A stretch of 64,000 nucleotides of DNA from Tortispora ganteri (lineage: Eukaryota). The stretch covers positions 1 to 64,000 of the forward strand of contig PPNB01000030.1 in NCBI GenBank assembly GCA_003707115.1, read 5' to 3'. The notes beneath the pieces are model-generated. The model was not told the origin of the DNA and made no database searches. It saw nothing but the letters and a program-made list of their open reading frames with translations. This document shows, piece after piece, positions 11,508-22,887 of this stretch (position 1 is its first letter; every line of letters begins with the position of its first letter). The translations under genes and the position numbers were made by a program.

Positions 11508-12431
11508 ATGAAACAAAGTGTTCGTGGTATTGCTAGTTGTGCTGTTCGGTATGCTGAGTTTCGAGGTCGGTCACTTCTGTTGAGGCGCCCTATTGAGCCA
11601 GATTTGAGCAATATTAAAGTGCCGGACAACCACCCTTTATGGCAGTTTTTCTCGAACAAGAAAGCATATCGTGACTTGCGATACAGTGCGCCTAATGCGC
11701 GAGCATGGGAAGTGAGTGAACTTCGCGGCAAATCGTTTGAGGACTTACACGAACTGTGGTATGTGTGCTTGAAGGAGTTAAATATACTAGAACGAGAGCG
11801 ATACACGTACCGGCGGCTGACGTGGAGAGACCGGACTTTAGAGACTGAGAAAACCCGACAAAGTGAGCCTCAGGATGCTCATAGTGGCTATTTACGAAAA
11901 ACTATGGCGAGAATTCGGCAAGTTTTGGCAGAAAGGTACCAGGGATGGTCGCAAGCACAAAATCTAGCATGGGAAGACGAAGTTGTAGCTGAGTTCAGAG
12001 CACGATATCTTGCTCGTAGTGACAATGAAGCGTATATTGACGATGAAGAAGCATCTAGTCAAATGGAGCGATTTGCTAAAGCGATTTATGGGCTGGGATA
12101 CCCATACCTTTGCGACAGTGTTCCGGACGAAGTTGGCGAGGAGTACACTAGCAAAGGTGATGATGTACTAGTGAGTTTTGCTTATTCTCTTGAGGACTCA
12201 CATGTAATTGGTGTTGAAAATATTGCTCGCATGAAACTAGAACGGTTCACTGACGGCGCAAAAACTGATGATTTCAAAAAATTGATTCAAGTGTATGAGG
12301 CTAATGACTCACAGCAAGCAGTCGAGACTGCGCTCTCTGCGTCAGTTGAAAACCTTGAACTGAAAGGATCTCAGCTTGAGATGCTTAGAGGACATATTAT
12401 AAATACAGCCAAGAATGCACTTGGTATATAA
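11508..12431 (+). CDS. MRPL4: Mitochondrial large ribosomal subunit protein uL29m (MRP-L47 family)
   Basis: HPLWQFF and [26 protein letters not shown] motifs; basic presequence. Confidence 0.9.
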   Translation: MKQSVRGIASCAVRYAEFRGRSLLLRRPIEPDLSNIKVPDNHPLWQFFSNKKAYRDLRYSAPNARAWEVSELRGKSFEDLHELWYVCLKELNILERERYTYRRLTWRDRTLETEKTRQSEPQDAHSGYLRKTMARIRQVLAERYQGWSQAQNLAWEDEVVAEFRARYLARSDNEAYIDDEEASSQMERFAKAIYGLGYPYLCDSVPDEVGEEYTSKGDDVLVSFAYSLEDSHVIGVENIARMKLERFTDGAKTDDFKKLIQVYEANDSQQAVETALSASVENLELKGSQLEMLRGHIINTAKNALGI

Positions 12432-12593
12432 TGACTATATGTGTAAATATATCATTCTGTAGAAGAAGTACTGTGATTGGACGATTGGGTTTCTTGCATT
12501 ACCTCGCGGGTGTTTAAAATTATTGCCTTCTGACATTTACCAATACCAAAAATCACAACTTAACCGATAAGAAATTGTTAATACTTTGCAAAT

Positions 12594-13931
12594 ATGGAAG
12601 AAGAATATGATGTTATTGTGCTTGGAACTGGTTTGACTGAATGTATTCTTTCTGGAATCTTCTCAGTGGAAGGCAAGAAAGTGCTTCATATTGATAGAAA
12701 TGATCATTATGGCGGAGAGTCCGCCTCGTACAATCTGACCCAGATATTCAACAAGTTTCGTCCTGGAAAAGATGTACCGCAAGACTTAGGTAGAGATCGC
12801 GATTGGAATGTTGACATGGTACCGAAATTCCTTATGGCAAATGGCGAATTGACCAATATCCTGGTTCACACAGACGTCACGCGGTACATTGAGTTCAAGC
12901 AGATTTCCGGCTCGTACGTGTACAGGGACGGCCGAGTGGCAAAAGTGCCGGCAACTGAAATGGAAGCTATTAGGTCGCCTCTAATGGGCATATTTGAAAA
13001 ACGCCGCATGAAGAAGTTCTTCGAATGGCTGGCCACCTACAAGGCTGATGACCCTTCTACTTTCCAGGGAATGGACCTGGACAGCATGTCCATGAACGAA
13101 GTGTATTCTAAGTTCGGCCTCGAACCTGGTACTAAGGACTTCATTGGTCATGCAATGGCCCTTGAGCTCGATGACACCTATTTGACCATGCCCGCCAGAG
13201 AGACGGTTGACCGCATTGTGCTTTACTTACAATCGGTGGCCCGCTACGGTAAATCGCCCTATATATACCCATTGTACGGCCTTGGTGAGCTCCCACAAGG
13301 ATTTGCACGTCTGTCTGCGATTTATGGTGGCACATACATGCTCGACAAGCCCGTAGACGAAATACTTTATGACGACGACGGCAAGTTCATAGGTATCCGG
13401 TCAGGTGAAGAAATCGCAAAGGCCAAAATATGTATTGGCGACCCTACGTACTTTCCTTCTAAAGTCAAAGCAGGCGATAAGGTCATTCGTGCAATTTGCG
13501 TGTTGAAACATCCCGTCAGCAGCTGCGACAATGCTGATTCTGCACAGATCATCATTCCCCAGAATCAAGTTGGACGCAAACACGACATCTACACAACAGT
13601 TCTGTCATCTAACCACAATGTAGTCCCGAAAGACCACTACCTCGGAATGGTCTCGACGGTGATTGAGACAAACGCTCCTCACTTAGAGATTGAGCCTGCT
13701 ATCAAGCTACTCAAACCTATTTCAGAAACGTTTATGGGTATTGCTACCCTCTATGAGCCACTGGAAGACGGTAAAGCGGACAACGTGTATATTTCGCGTT
13801 CTTACGATGCTACTTCGCACTTTGAAACAACTACAGATGATGTCAAAAGCATTTATCGGCGAATCACCGGTAAGGACTTGGTCCTTAAGAAACGGCCCAC
13901 GGTCGACGAAGAGCAGGCCGCTCAGGCCTAG
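12594..13931 (+). CDS. GDI1: Rab GDP-dissociation inhibitor
   Basis: YDVIVLGTGLTECILSG, DRNDHYGGESAS and GELPQGFARLSAIYGGTYML. Confidence 0.98.
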   Translation: MEEEYDVIVLGTGLTECILSGIFSVEGKKVLHIDRNDHYGGESASYNLTQIFNKFRPGKDVPQDLGRDRDWNVDMVPKFLMANGELTNILVHTDVTRYIEFKQISGSYVYRDGRVAKVPATEMEAIRSPLMGIFEKRRMKKFFEWLATYKADDPSTFQGMDLDSMSMNEVYSKFGLEPGTKDFIGHAMALELDDTYLTMPARETVDRIVLYLQSVARYGKSPYIYPLYGLGELPQGFARLSAIYGGTYMLDKPVDEILYDDDGKFIGIRSGEEIAKAKICIGDPTYFPSKVKAGDKVIRAICVLKHPVSSCDNADSAQIIIPQNQVGRKHDIYTTVLSSNHNVVPKDHYLGMVSTVIETNAPHLEIEPAIKLLKPISETFMGIATLYEPLEDGKADNVYISRSYDATSHFETTTDDVKSIYRRITGKDLVLKKRPTVDEEQAAQA

Positions 13932-14120
13932 TTTAACCTGCTTCTTTGCTACGCAGTAAACTACAACTACTCTTACTTGTCTTATTGTTCTCGTGGGAGT
14001 ATTTTTTACAGGTTTATTATTAACTTATTTATTCGACTATAGTAAGCCGGTCAAATTACTGGCGTTCAATTATCCCATGACAACCACACCACAGACACAC
14101 CAACTGTTCACCAAAAAGAC

Positions 14121-15521
14121 ATGGCTAGACGATCATCGCGACGCAGCAATAGAAGCACTGTAGAGGAGTCTGCGGACGAAGAAATGGAAGATATTCCTAT
14201 TGAAGATATTCCAGATGGCGATGATGGCGACGATTACGAGGAAGACGACGAAGAAGAAGAAGACGAAGGCGGTGAGCAAAATGACGAGGAAGAAAAACAA
14301 GAAAGCGAAGGTGACGATGACGATGAAGATGAAAACGAGAATAAAATTAATTCTGATCGTGATCGATCTACTTCTGCTCCTGCTATTCCCGTGAAGCGTG
14401 GACCGGGACGGCCGCGTAAGTACCCTATCGATGAGGCAAAACTTGCAAGGGATGCTGAACGGGCCAAACAGAGGGCAAGAGCCGCGTTAGAAACGCCTGT
14501 TCCGCTTGATGAGAACGGTAAACCATATACTTTGAAAAATGACGAGCTTGTACTTGAAGAAGATCCTAAAGGGTTGGAAAAAGTGGACGAAAATGGCAAT
14601 TTGAAAGGCGGACGTGATTACCGATGCCGTACCTTCACCATTACTGGCCGTGGTGACAGGCTCTACATGCTTTCTACAGAGCCTGCCAGGTGTATAGGTT
14701 TTCGTGACTCTTACTTGTTTTTTCAGAAACACAAATTGCTTTACAAAATTATACTACGGGACGAAGAGAAGTTCGACCTCATCGAACGTGATATCATGCC
14801 CCATTCCTACAAGGGACGCACTATCAGTGTAGTGACTGCACGATCTGTATTCCGTGAATTTGGGGCGAAAATAATTATTGGGGGTCACCGAGTTACTGAC
14901 GACTTCTACGAAACTAAAGCTATTGAAGAAGGAGCTAAACCAGAAGACATCGCAAGCCCAGAAGACGTGCTTCCCATGAACGGCGAACCATACAACAAGA
15001 ATCAATATGTCGCTTGGCATGGTGCCTCACAGGTTTATCATCAGAATGCACCAATGGTTGGCGGTCGTGGAGACGTTTCAGGTTTCCGATTTGGCGATAC
15101 ACCTACACATGCTACTACATACGATTTAACGCTAGGTCAATTGTCTATCAAGCGAAGAAAGGTTATCTTGAATGAAACTAATTGGCTGTTTGAGCACGCT
15201 ATGTCAGCATCTAATTTCAACGAGATGCTAACTGCTACGAGGAGGCATGTGTTAGAAGAAGGTGGGGTGGAAGAAGCACACACAGGTCTCACATTTGTTC
15301 CTGCTAACACCCAACCTTGGAAATTCACAGGCGAGCTGGTACCTGGAAAGGGTGCATTGCCAAATGAAGGTACCTTCTCAGTTACAACAACCTACAAGAT
15401 ACCTAATTTCACATACACCGGTTTAAAGGATGTCCCAGAATCTATCTTTAGCGATGTCAGCCCGGAAATCAAGAAGTCCATTTTACGACAACAGCAGCTA
15501 GAAAGGCAATACTATGGCTGA
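14121..15521 (+). CDS. RSC7: RSC/SWI-SNF chromatin-remodelling subunit, Rsc7/Npl6/Swp82 family
   Basis: Acidic N-terminus, AT-hook KRGPGRPRK, and conserved GGRDYRCRTFT...MLSTEPARCIGFRDSYLFF and VTARSVFREFGAKII blocks. Confidence 0.88.
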   Translation: MARRSSRRSNRSTVEESADEEMEDIPIEDIPDGDDGDDYEEDDEEEEDEGGEQNDEEEKQESEGDDDDEDENENKINSDRDRSTSAPAIPVKRGPGRPRKYPIDEAKLARDAERAKQRARAALETPVPLDENGKPYTLKNDELVLEEDPKGLEKVDENGNLKGGRDYRCRTFTITGRGDRLYMLSTEPARCIGFRDSYLFFQKHKLLYKIILRDEEKFDLIERDIMPHSYKGRTISVVTARSVFREFGAKIIIGGHRVTDDFYETKAIEEGAKPEDIASPEDVLPMNGEPYNKNQYVAWHGASQVYHQNAPMVGGRGDVSGFRFGDTPTHATTYDLTLGQLSIKRRKVILNETNWLFEHAMSASNFNEMLTATRRHVLEEGGVEEAHTGLTFVPANTQPWKFTGELVPGKGALPNEGTFSVTTTYKIPNFTYTGLKDVPESIFSDVSPEIKKSILRQQQLERQYYG

Positions 15522-16632
15522 ACCGAACGAGCCAGTCAGCATATATTTACCGTGAAAATTGTACTACATAATGTAATTAACAGGGATCTAAATCCAATAG
15601 ACTGTACCTGCCCCAAGTTTCAATTATATCTATGTGTATTGTTACCTTGGCAACCGTAACCCTCGGATTACGCACACGTTTTAAAGACTCTAATCTTGAC
15701 AATGGTTTTTTTTTTCTCACCACCACCACCTATTTTCCTATTTCTAAGCGCTTTTTATTGGAAAGGCTTGCCTTTGTTTTTCCATTAAATTTCACTTCTC
15801 TTTCATATTTTTGCCTCTGGTTTAAATACGCTAAGGCTTTAAAAAACTAGGTTCGTTAAGGAACGCTTTGCCACTTAGTCACATTATCTAGTGATTACTT
15901 AAGAGAAAATCCCCCTTAAGGAAAAAAACGGACTTAAACCTTTCTTATAAATATTTTTAGTTCATTCTTTCCTTGAGCTATTATTTATTTGCTTCTTTCT
16001 TTCTGTTTTTGGCAATTTACAAAACATAAAGAATAACTGTGCAAGTCTCTGTTCTTGCAAATCAGGCTCAATTTACCTTACCTGACTTTCCTTCCCATTT
16101 CACCTCTTTTGTTTTTGCTTTCTTATTGTGACTCGTTAGCATCCTTTATCGAGATTTAAGATTGACCTTTTAAATAAGTTGTTCAATTAAATCTTTGAAA
16201 TCCTTTATAAATACATTACCAGAAACTTAGTCTTGTTTTGACTGACTGTCCTCTCATCTTTACTTGACTGACTTAACTCTTTTCTCCCTCGATTTGTTGT
16301 TTGTTACTTCACTGCTTTGATCAATACATTCATGCTATATTTGTTTTAATTGTTTTTATTTCCCTGCGTCTTTTATATCAACTTGCTTCAATATACTTCT
16401 TCTCGGTATACTGATCCTCTAACTTGATTGATCTTATCTTTGAAGATCCGGCAAAACACCTCTTTACATCTGTTTTGTATCTTGCTTTATCTCCTCTTGT
16501 CCTTTTGAATTGAAACCAAAATATTAAAAGGCAAGAGATTACCTCTCTCCCTGTCTTTTAACTCCTCTGTATATCCTCTGTCTTGTTTGTGCCCTTCTCC
16601 TTGATTCTGTTTCTTTTTCTTGACACTCTCAT

Positions 16633-17940
16633 ATGATTCAATATTACCAACTGAATAGAAACGAGGGCTTGTACCATCCTGCTCATTCCCATATGGCACA
16701 TGGTATTCATCCCGCGGCTCCTGCCCCTCCTCCCCCTCCTCCTCCTGCTCAATATTCTGCTGTGCCACAATCAATGTTTTATCCTCAAATGGAGATGTAC
16801 CCTCCGTATATATCCGATCCTGCTATCCAATGCTTGAATCAGGATATGCTTCATCCGATTTATTCTTCACGACCTCAAGGTAATTCCCCCGCTCTTACCG
16901 GCCCCCTTGTGGCCCAGTACCCTCCTTCTATGAACATTGTACCTCAGAATGCGCAAATGCCGTATTATGGCATGTATCCTGTGAACGCTGCAATGTTTGG
17001 TATGCCAGTATATGATCATGACCAACATAACTCTGTGCTCTACCAGAACTGTAGTGGTGTCTCAAAGCCTGTTCAGAACACTGACGCTTCCGATAACACA
17101 AGCAAGGGATGTGGCGTTGTAAAAGGTGAACTAGAATACGACATTCAAATCATGGCAGAGTATGTCTCGACTATGGCATGCGTGATCTTGAAATCTGATG
17201 CGGACACTACGCCTGCATACAGGAAATTCATTTCTCAGGTTTTAGGTGCCACCCGTCTTCCTATTTCTACCATTTTCCTTTCTCTGTATTTCTTGTCTCA
17301 GCGATCTCATAAACCTGGTCTTGTTAACACGGACCCCACTTCGATTTACAAACTTTCTGTGGTAGCCCTTATCCTTGCTAACAAGGTGAACGACGACAAC
17401 ACTTTCACCAACAAGTCTTGGTCTGATGTCACTGGTTTGTTGTTAAACGAACTATCTGCTATGGAAGCATCGTGGCTCGCTCTCATGGACTATAAATTAG
17501 CTGTCAACCAAAAGGTATGCGAATCGTATAGGCGATGGAATTTTTACTATCAAGAATGGTTTGCATCTCGTACTGTATCTTCTCGGTCGGCCGAGATGAA
17601 GCCTTTTTTAGTGGATGAAAGAGATGAAAATACCAGTAAATCGTCTGCTTCAACTTCGCCTGGAGCTTCCCTGACTCCTGGGGGTGATATAACTAGCTAC
17701 TCTGAACCTTGTGGAGTGCCTTTATCTGCTTCTCATTCTTTAGCTGGTGTGACTCCTAATCATTACAAGGGATTATATATGAATAGAGAACAGAGTGTTG
17801 AACTAGCAGGAAATTCGTTTTTTAACACGCAGTACGAGGAACCAATGGGGCACTATTTCCACCATTATAACCCTTTGTGTTCGTGCGTGCAGTGTACTGC
17901 ATTTAAACCTCTGCCTGTTCATGCAGCTCGCGCATATTGA
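16633..17940 (+). CDS. Pho85-type cyclin (Clg1/Pcl5-like)
   Basis: Cyclin box QVLGATRLPISTIFLSLYFL...LILANKVNDDNTFTNKSWSDVTGL; Pro/Gln/Tyr-rich N-terminus. Confidence 0.82.
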   Translation: MIQYYQLNRNEGLYHPAHSHMAHGIHPAAPAPPPPPPPAQYSAVPQSMFYPQMEMYPPYISDPAIQCLNQDMLHPIYSSRPQGNSPALTGPLVAQYPPSMNIVPQNAQMPYYGMYPVNAAMFGMPVYDHDQHNSVLYQNCSGVSKPVQNTDASDNTSKGCGVVKGELEYDIQIMAEYVSTMACVILKSDADTTPAYRKFISQVLGATRLPISTIFLSLYFLSQRSHKPGLVNTDPTSIYKLSVVALILANKVNDDNTFTNKSWSDVTGLLLNELSAMEASWLALMDYKLAVNQKVCESYRRWNFYYQEWFASRTVSSRSAEMKPFLVDERDENTSKSSASTSPGASLTPGGDITSYSEPCGVPLSASHSLAGVTPNHYKGLYMNREQSVELAGNSFFNTQYEEPMGHYFHHYNPLCSCVQCTAFKPLPVHAARAY

Positions 17941-18364
17941 TGTGCCTGTTTTGTCTTTAGACTTCTTATTTTCTGGACATCGTCTCTGCCGTTTAGTTGT
18001 GCGAGAGCGGTACCTACAGCATGAAACTACCTTACAACGGAACCACAAATAGGGGAATTAATGCAACGGCCTTCTTCGACCTGTTGCAAAACCTCTATAG
18101 TGAGTATACCGCCGCCAGTTTCAGCGCTGATTTTTCTTTGTTTTTTTTTTGTTTTTCGTTATTTTCTTTTTTACCGAATACTCTCCTGATTTAGTTTTTT
18201 ATACATTTTTATAAAATATAGGTGTTTTAATTGTAAAATTGAATTGTATAATTGAAGAGCTGTACTTTTATTGGCCAATAGGAGGCGTCGGTGGGGATTC
18301 AAACTAACAGCCAACTACATCTTGCGCACGAAGATTACGATTGTTAATCGGCCTTATATAGACA

Positions 18365-18793
18365 ATGGCGTCGACACAAGCATTCAAAGATCGCAATTTT
18401 ATTGGTGTAATTGGTGATGAGGTAAGTATATTAAAAAAGAGAATGTTTCATTGACATTTACGGTGGTATTAACTGCGATAGGACACAGTTACGGGGATGC
18501 TTTTAGCAGGTATTGGACATGTCAGAGAAAGCGACAAAGAGAGAAATTTCATGGTTGTTGATGGAAAAACTACTGATGAAGCCATTGAAAAGGTCTTTGA
18601 TGATTTTACTACAACCAGAAAAGATCTTGCGATCGTACTAATTAATCAACATATAGCAGAGCGTATAAGGTACAAAGTTGATACATTTGTGGATGCGTTT
18701 CCTGCAATTTTAGAGATTCCTTCTAAGGATCATCCTTACGATCCTGAAATGGACAGTGTCCTTAAACGTGTTAGACGATTGTTTGGAGAATAA
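18365..18793 (+). CDS. VMA7: V-ATPase subunit F, two exons: join(18365..18421,18482..18793)
   Basis: Exon 1 [19 protein letters not shown] splices in phase 0 to [12 protein letters not shown], restoring the conserved IGDEDTVTG motif. C-terminal [11 protein letters not shown]. Confidence 0.95.
18422..18481 (+). other. Spliceosomal intron in VMA7 (60 nt)
   Basis: GTAAGT donor, TATTAAC branch-like site, TAG acceptor. Confidence 0.93.
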
Positions 18794-18932
18794 AGAGCAG
18801 TTCTGCATTGAATTGCAAAAATCGATTTGGCCACTGCTTGGGAACAATCAGACGTTTGCTACGTAAAAATAATAAAATGATAAGCAAATGTAATTATGTG
18901 AGTTATAAGTAGTTAGAAGCTGTATTTGTGTA

Positions 18933-19808
18933 TTACTTTCCAGTAAGTTTGTCGAACAAACTGGCTACGCCAAACTTGACAGTAGCGGTGACACATGCAA
19001 TCTCCTGGTCATCGTATGTAAAAGCTTGAGCAACAACTGAATAAACGCCTGGCGGAATGGTGTCGGGAAGAGCAATTTCCCTAAAAAAGGAAACTGGTCC
19101 TTTGTCTATAGGGCACTTCTTATCGACATGCTTAAGCTCGTCGCAGAGGTCGACTGTTTGCTTGATAAGTTGTATCATTCCGTATCTAACATTGAGTTCG
19201 ACGTATGCGCCTTTCTCAATAGTTTGAGACAGTGTGCCATATGCTTCAACGGTGATGTTCTTTCCAGCTTCAGGAGGATTCGGCAAGACGTTCAGCAGCT
19301 GCACATCAAGGATCTGTTTCGATTGAGCATCGCACAAGAGAACAGGAGAATCACCAGGAATGGGTTTAGTGGATTTGATTGCAGATTTCCTCTTAGCAGA
19401 AACGACATCCTGTTTAGGATCACGTTTAATCATCTTAGAATCGACTGCAGATTTAAGTTCAGAATCGCCAAGAAGTTCAGATATTTTAACTGCAATATCG
19501 GAATTCTCCAGTTCAGTTTCGCCCTTACTTAGCTCTTCAGCGATCTCCTCTTTGAGCTCCTGTGAGGCATCAACAGTGATCTCTTCTAATTTCTCAATAT
19601 AGTCGCCCAAAATATCAAACACATTGTGTTCTTCAGGCAAATCTTTCATGTCTACCGGCAAGATTCTTACCACTTCTTGATCTGGTTTGTGTTTGGAAGA
19701 GAATCTCTTGATCTCAGATTCTTCTAACCCGAACCCTTCGATTTCTTTAAAATGTTGTGCCTGCCCGCACACAAGCGATGCAAATGTTACTACTTCAGCA
19801 ATTCTCAT
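18933..19808 (-). CDS. NPC2: ML-domain sterol/PG-PI transfer protein (Npc2-like) with a long N-terminal extension
   Basis: Signal peptide; C-terminal ML domain with PNPPEAG, VRYGMIQLI, DLC, CPI, IPPGVY and a final Cys. Confidence 0.88.
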   Translation of the reverse strand: MRIAEVVTFASLVCGQAQHFKEIEGFGLEESEIKRFSSKHKPDQEVVRILPVDMKDLPEEHNVFDILGDYIEKLEEITVDASQELKEEIAEELSKGETELENSDIAVKISELLGDSELKSAVDSKMIKRDPKQDVVSAKRKSAIKSTKPIPGDSPVLLCDAQSKQILDVQLLNVLPNPPEAGKNITVEAYGTLSQTIEKGAYVELNVRYGMIQLIKQTVDLCDELKHVDKKCPIDKGPVSFFREIALPDTIPPGVYSVVAQAFTYDDQEIACVTATVKFGVASLFDKLTGK

Positions 19809-20051
19809 GGTGAATCTAGGAACGCAACTTGGCTTATTAGTGACCTGGCTTTAAGTGATGATGGCAAAGGGAGGGGGAAGGAAGTGGGGAGGTCAAAAGC
19901 ACAGACAAGTTGATCCCCTTTTTTACCGCCTGAAAAAAAGGGGATGTAGTCATAGCAACGGGTTGAATCTAATCTAGTCCGGTCAAAATCTGACCTGTCT
20001 AAACCAAATCCCCCGAGACGATTGCACGGTTTTTCCCTTGAATCAACATTT

Positions 20052-21014
20052 ATGAGAATCTTTGCATGTGTCCTGCTTGCTTGTCTTGTATTTGCTTCAG
20101 ACGGCGATGAGCTAGGCCTGTTTCAGTTATGTGTTAGTGACTGTATCGAAGATCAGTGTGTAAACAGAAACGTACAGCTGCCGCTTAATTTGCAGCTACT
20201 ATTATGGGATTGCGAGAGCAATTGTGACTATATATGTCAGCGCGCAGTAACAGCTGATCGGATTGCTCGCGGAAAAGAAGTTCTGCAGTTTCATGGTAAG
20301 TGGCCGTTCTTACGGATGTATGGCATGCAAGAACCGGCCTCAGTACTGTTCTCGCTGATGAATCTTGCAGCACATGTCGAAGGACTTTTAAGCTTAAAAT
20401 CACTTACTTATAACAAAAGAATATCTGAATCTGCCCAATATTTATACTATTCAGCGCTGATATGGGGAATTTCAGGTATAAACACCTGGATCTGGTCAGC
20501 TGTCTTTCATGCTAGAGATACGCTTATTACAGAACGACTTGATTATTTCTCAGCAGCATTATTGATGCTAATGAGTCTTAATTACGCTATTGTACGTACT
20601 TTCCATCTTTATGAGGTAGGAAAATCTTTTTATAGGAAGACTGTATTCTTTGTGATCGCTTCTATCTATATTTCACATGTCTCTTATCTCTCCTATGACT
20701 GGTCCTATACCTACAACATGCAAGCTAATGTTGCTTTCGGTATCGCATCCTTTATTATGTGGCTAGTATTTACTTTTAAAGAGACTTACTCAATACTTCC
20801 GCCGCCAAAATGGTCAAAACTGCCATTCATTTGCAGTGCGTCTTTGATTGCTGGCGCCAGCCTAGAATTGTTCGATTTTCCTCCAATAGCAGATATGATA
20901 GATTCTCATTCTCTCTGGCATTTATTCACTGTGCTACCTACATGGGCCTGGTATCAATTCTTATATCGTGATATATCGTACTTTGATCAAGCTAGTAAAA
21001 AGCGACGCGATTAA
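20052..21014 (+). CDS. PER1: Per1/PGAP3 GPI-remodelling protein
   Basis: Cys-rich N-terminus, QFHGKWPF, QEPASVLFS, FHARD, TERLDYF, ELFDFPP and DSHSLWH. First ATG at 20052. Confidence 0.95.
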   Translation: MRIFACVLLACLVFASDGDELGLFQLCVSDCIEDQCVNRNVQLPLNLQLLLWDCESNCDYICQRAVTADRIARGKEVLQFHGKWPFLRMYGMQEPASVLFSLMNLAAHVEGLLSLKSLTYNKRISESAQYLYYSALIWGISGINTWIWSAVFHARDTLITERLDYFSAALLMLMSLNYAIVRTFHLYEVGKSFYRKTVFFVIASIYISHVSYLSYDWSYTYNMQANVAFGIASFIMWLVFTFKETYSILPPPKWSKLPFICSASLIAGASLELFDFPPIADMIDSHSLWHLFTVLPTWAWYQFLYRDISYFDQASKKRRD

Positions 21015-21089
21015 GTCGGACAATGGCAGGGCAATCCACTATATACTGCTTTTCGCAATGCAGAAACTCATAATGCATGACAATTATAA

Positions 21090-22691
21090 TCAAGTGGCGT
21101 CACTGACAAGCTCTGACACTCTCACTGCAAGCTCATCTGCTTCTGGGCGTGTTTGTGCCTCAGCATAAACTCTCACTGCATCTTCTGTACCAGATGCACG
21201 TGCAAAACTGCGCCCCTTAGAGTATTTTTTCACCACAGAATCTATGCGAGCTTGAAGACCTTCTGGTTTAACGAGTTTCCGCTCTGCATCTGTAGTCTCG
21301 AAAATCCTTCTATTCGGTACCAATACTTTAACAAGCCTATTCGGCAGATCATTATACTCCGAATCCCATTCCTTTAATGTCCAATTTTTGTATGACAGTA
21401 TAACTAAAACCAACATCATATCGGAAATAGCATCACCCACAGTTTGGTTAATCAGCTCTGTCAAGGACCGCAACAAATCCACAGCTGTTTTTTGCGCAGG
21501 TGACTGCGCCTCGTATTGAAAGATCTGGGTCAACGCCTCGGGAGAAAACAACACTGTACCGTGACCATTCGCCTCGAAGTACACTCCTATATCAAACCTT
21601 TGCGCAGTGTGGTGCAGGTGTTTGACTCCAGTCGGTGTAACTTCAACAGCAAGTTTCAAGTTGTCTCGAATGTAGTCGCTTGAAGCACCGTTGGCGTACG
21701 CAGTCTGCACGACACCGACAGTGGCATTCACACCGGCCTGCGCTACGAGATCTCGCAGAAACATAGCCGCCAATGTAGATATCTTGTCCCCATCTAGCAA
21801 ATGAAACTTACTCTCGGAGTCCGTGTAGTAAAACACTATACGGTCTGCGTCGCCGTCGAAACTGCAACAGGTTTTTAATGGTTCTGGTTTCACATTGTTC
21901 GGGAGTCGTTGCTGTACTTTGACAAAATCAGCGCCGCATTCAACATTTAGTGCATTCGGAACATCTGTGTGGTAATTAACAACCGTGAGGTCAAGCTGTG
22001 GACACACTTTTGCCAGTTCAGCGACCTTGATGGCGCCTACACCATTCGCCCCATCAACTGTTATGCTAATTTTCGTATCCTTAAGTATTGAGCCGAAAGC
22101 CTTCGCTAGTTTGCGATAATATCCAGCCTCATCAGGCTCTCCATAAGGATTAGTATTTGACTGTGTATTCAATGCCCTTACTATATAGTGAAGTTGGGGC
22201 GTGGTCAGTAACTTGTAGGCACGTATATTTGACTTGAGACAATGGGCACCATCTTCGACAGCCCGCGCAAGGTACTCGCCAGATGGCCGGGTATCGCGAC
22301 CCCACGCAATATTTGCCACCGCATCATGTAATTTGTATGTATCAATAAAATGTTTCACAAATTCGTACAGCTGATTCGCAGTCTGACAATTAGCCATGTC
22401 AGTAGCGTGCACTTCCCATGACTGTTCTAACATCTCACCTTGTGGGTCAATCAACTTGACACCATTATCACCAGGAGGGTTATGAGACGCTGTAATCATT
22501 ACACCAATAGTTTGACCTCCAAGATATCTTGACCTCAGAGCGGCAAGTATTCCACAGCAGAACATAACAAAAGGAAGGTCGCTACTGTTAGATCTGAAAC
22601 CGGCCGTTCCATAGCGAATACCACCGCTTATCTGTGGTTTCGGGTACTGCACTTCGAGCTTTTCAAAATCTTCATAACTTATTAACGACAT
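21090..22691 (-). CDS. PCM1: Phosphoacetylglucosamine mutase
   Basis: YGTAGFR, ITASHNP, DGDADR, YFEANGHG and RASGTED. Confidence 0.97.
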   Translation of the reverse strand: MSLISYEDFEKLEVQYPKPQISGGIRYGTAGFRSNSSDLPFVMFCCGILAALRSRYLGGQTIGVMITASHNPPGDNGVKLIDPQGEMLEQSWEVHATDMANCQTANQLYEFVKHFIDTYKLHDAVANIAWGRDTRPSGEYLARAVEDGAHCLKSNIRAYKLLTTPQLHYIVRALNTQSNTNPYGEPDEAGYYRKLAKAFGSILKDTKISITVDGANGVGAIKVAELAKVCPQLDLTVVNYHTDVPNALNVECGADFVKVQQRLPNNVKPEPLKTCCSFDGDADRIVFYYTDSESKFHLLDGDKISTLAAMFLRDLVAQAGVNATVGVVQTAYANGASSDYIRDNLKLAVEVTPTGVKHLHHTAQRFDIGVYFEANGHGTVLFSPEALTQIFQYEAQSPAQKTAVDLLRSLTELINQTVGDAISDMMLVLVILSYKNWTLKEWDSEYNDLPNRLVKVLVPNRRIFETTDAERKLVKPEGLQARIDSVVKKYSKGRSFARASGTEDAVRVYAEAQTRPEADELAVRVSELVSDAT

Positions 22692-22887
22692 ATTCTTTGT
22701 AATTAAAACTTGGTAATGCCGATGATTGATATTTACGATGCTAATTAAAATGATAGTAGGTAACTCTTAGTGAGATAATCTTAGCTGAACGGTCTAGAAA
22801 CAACAGCAAGAAACCCTAAATGACTAAAACTTTAATAGCCGCATATCACGTTTCAATCAGATTTACAAGAAACGGTATATCAATTTA

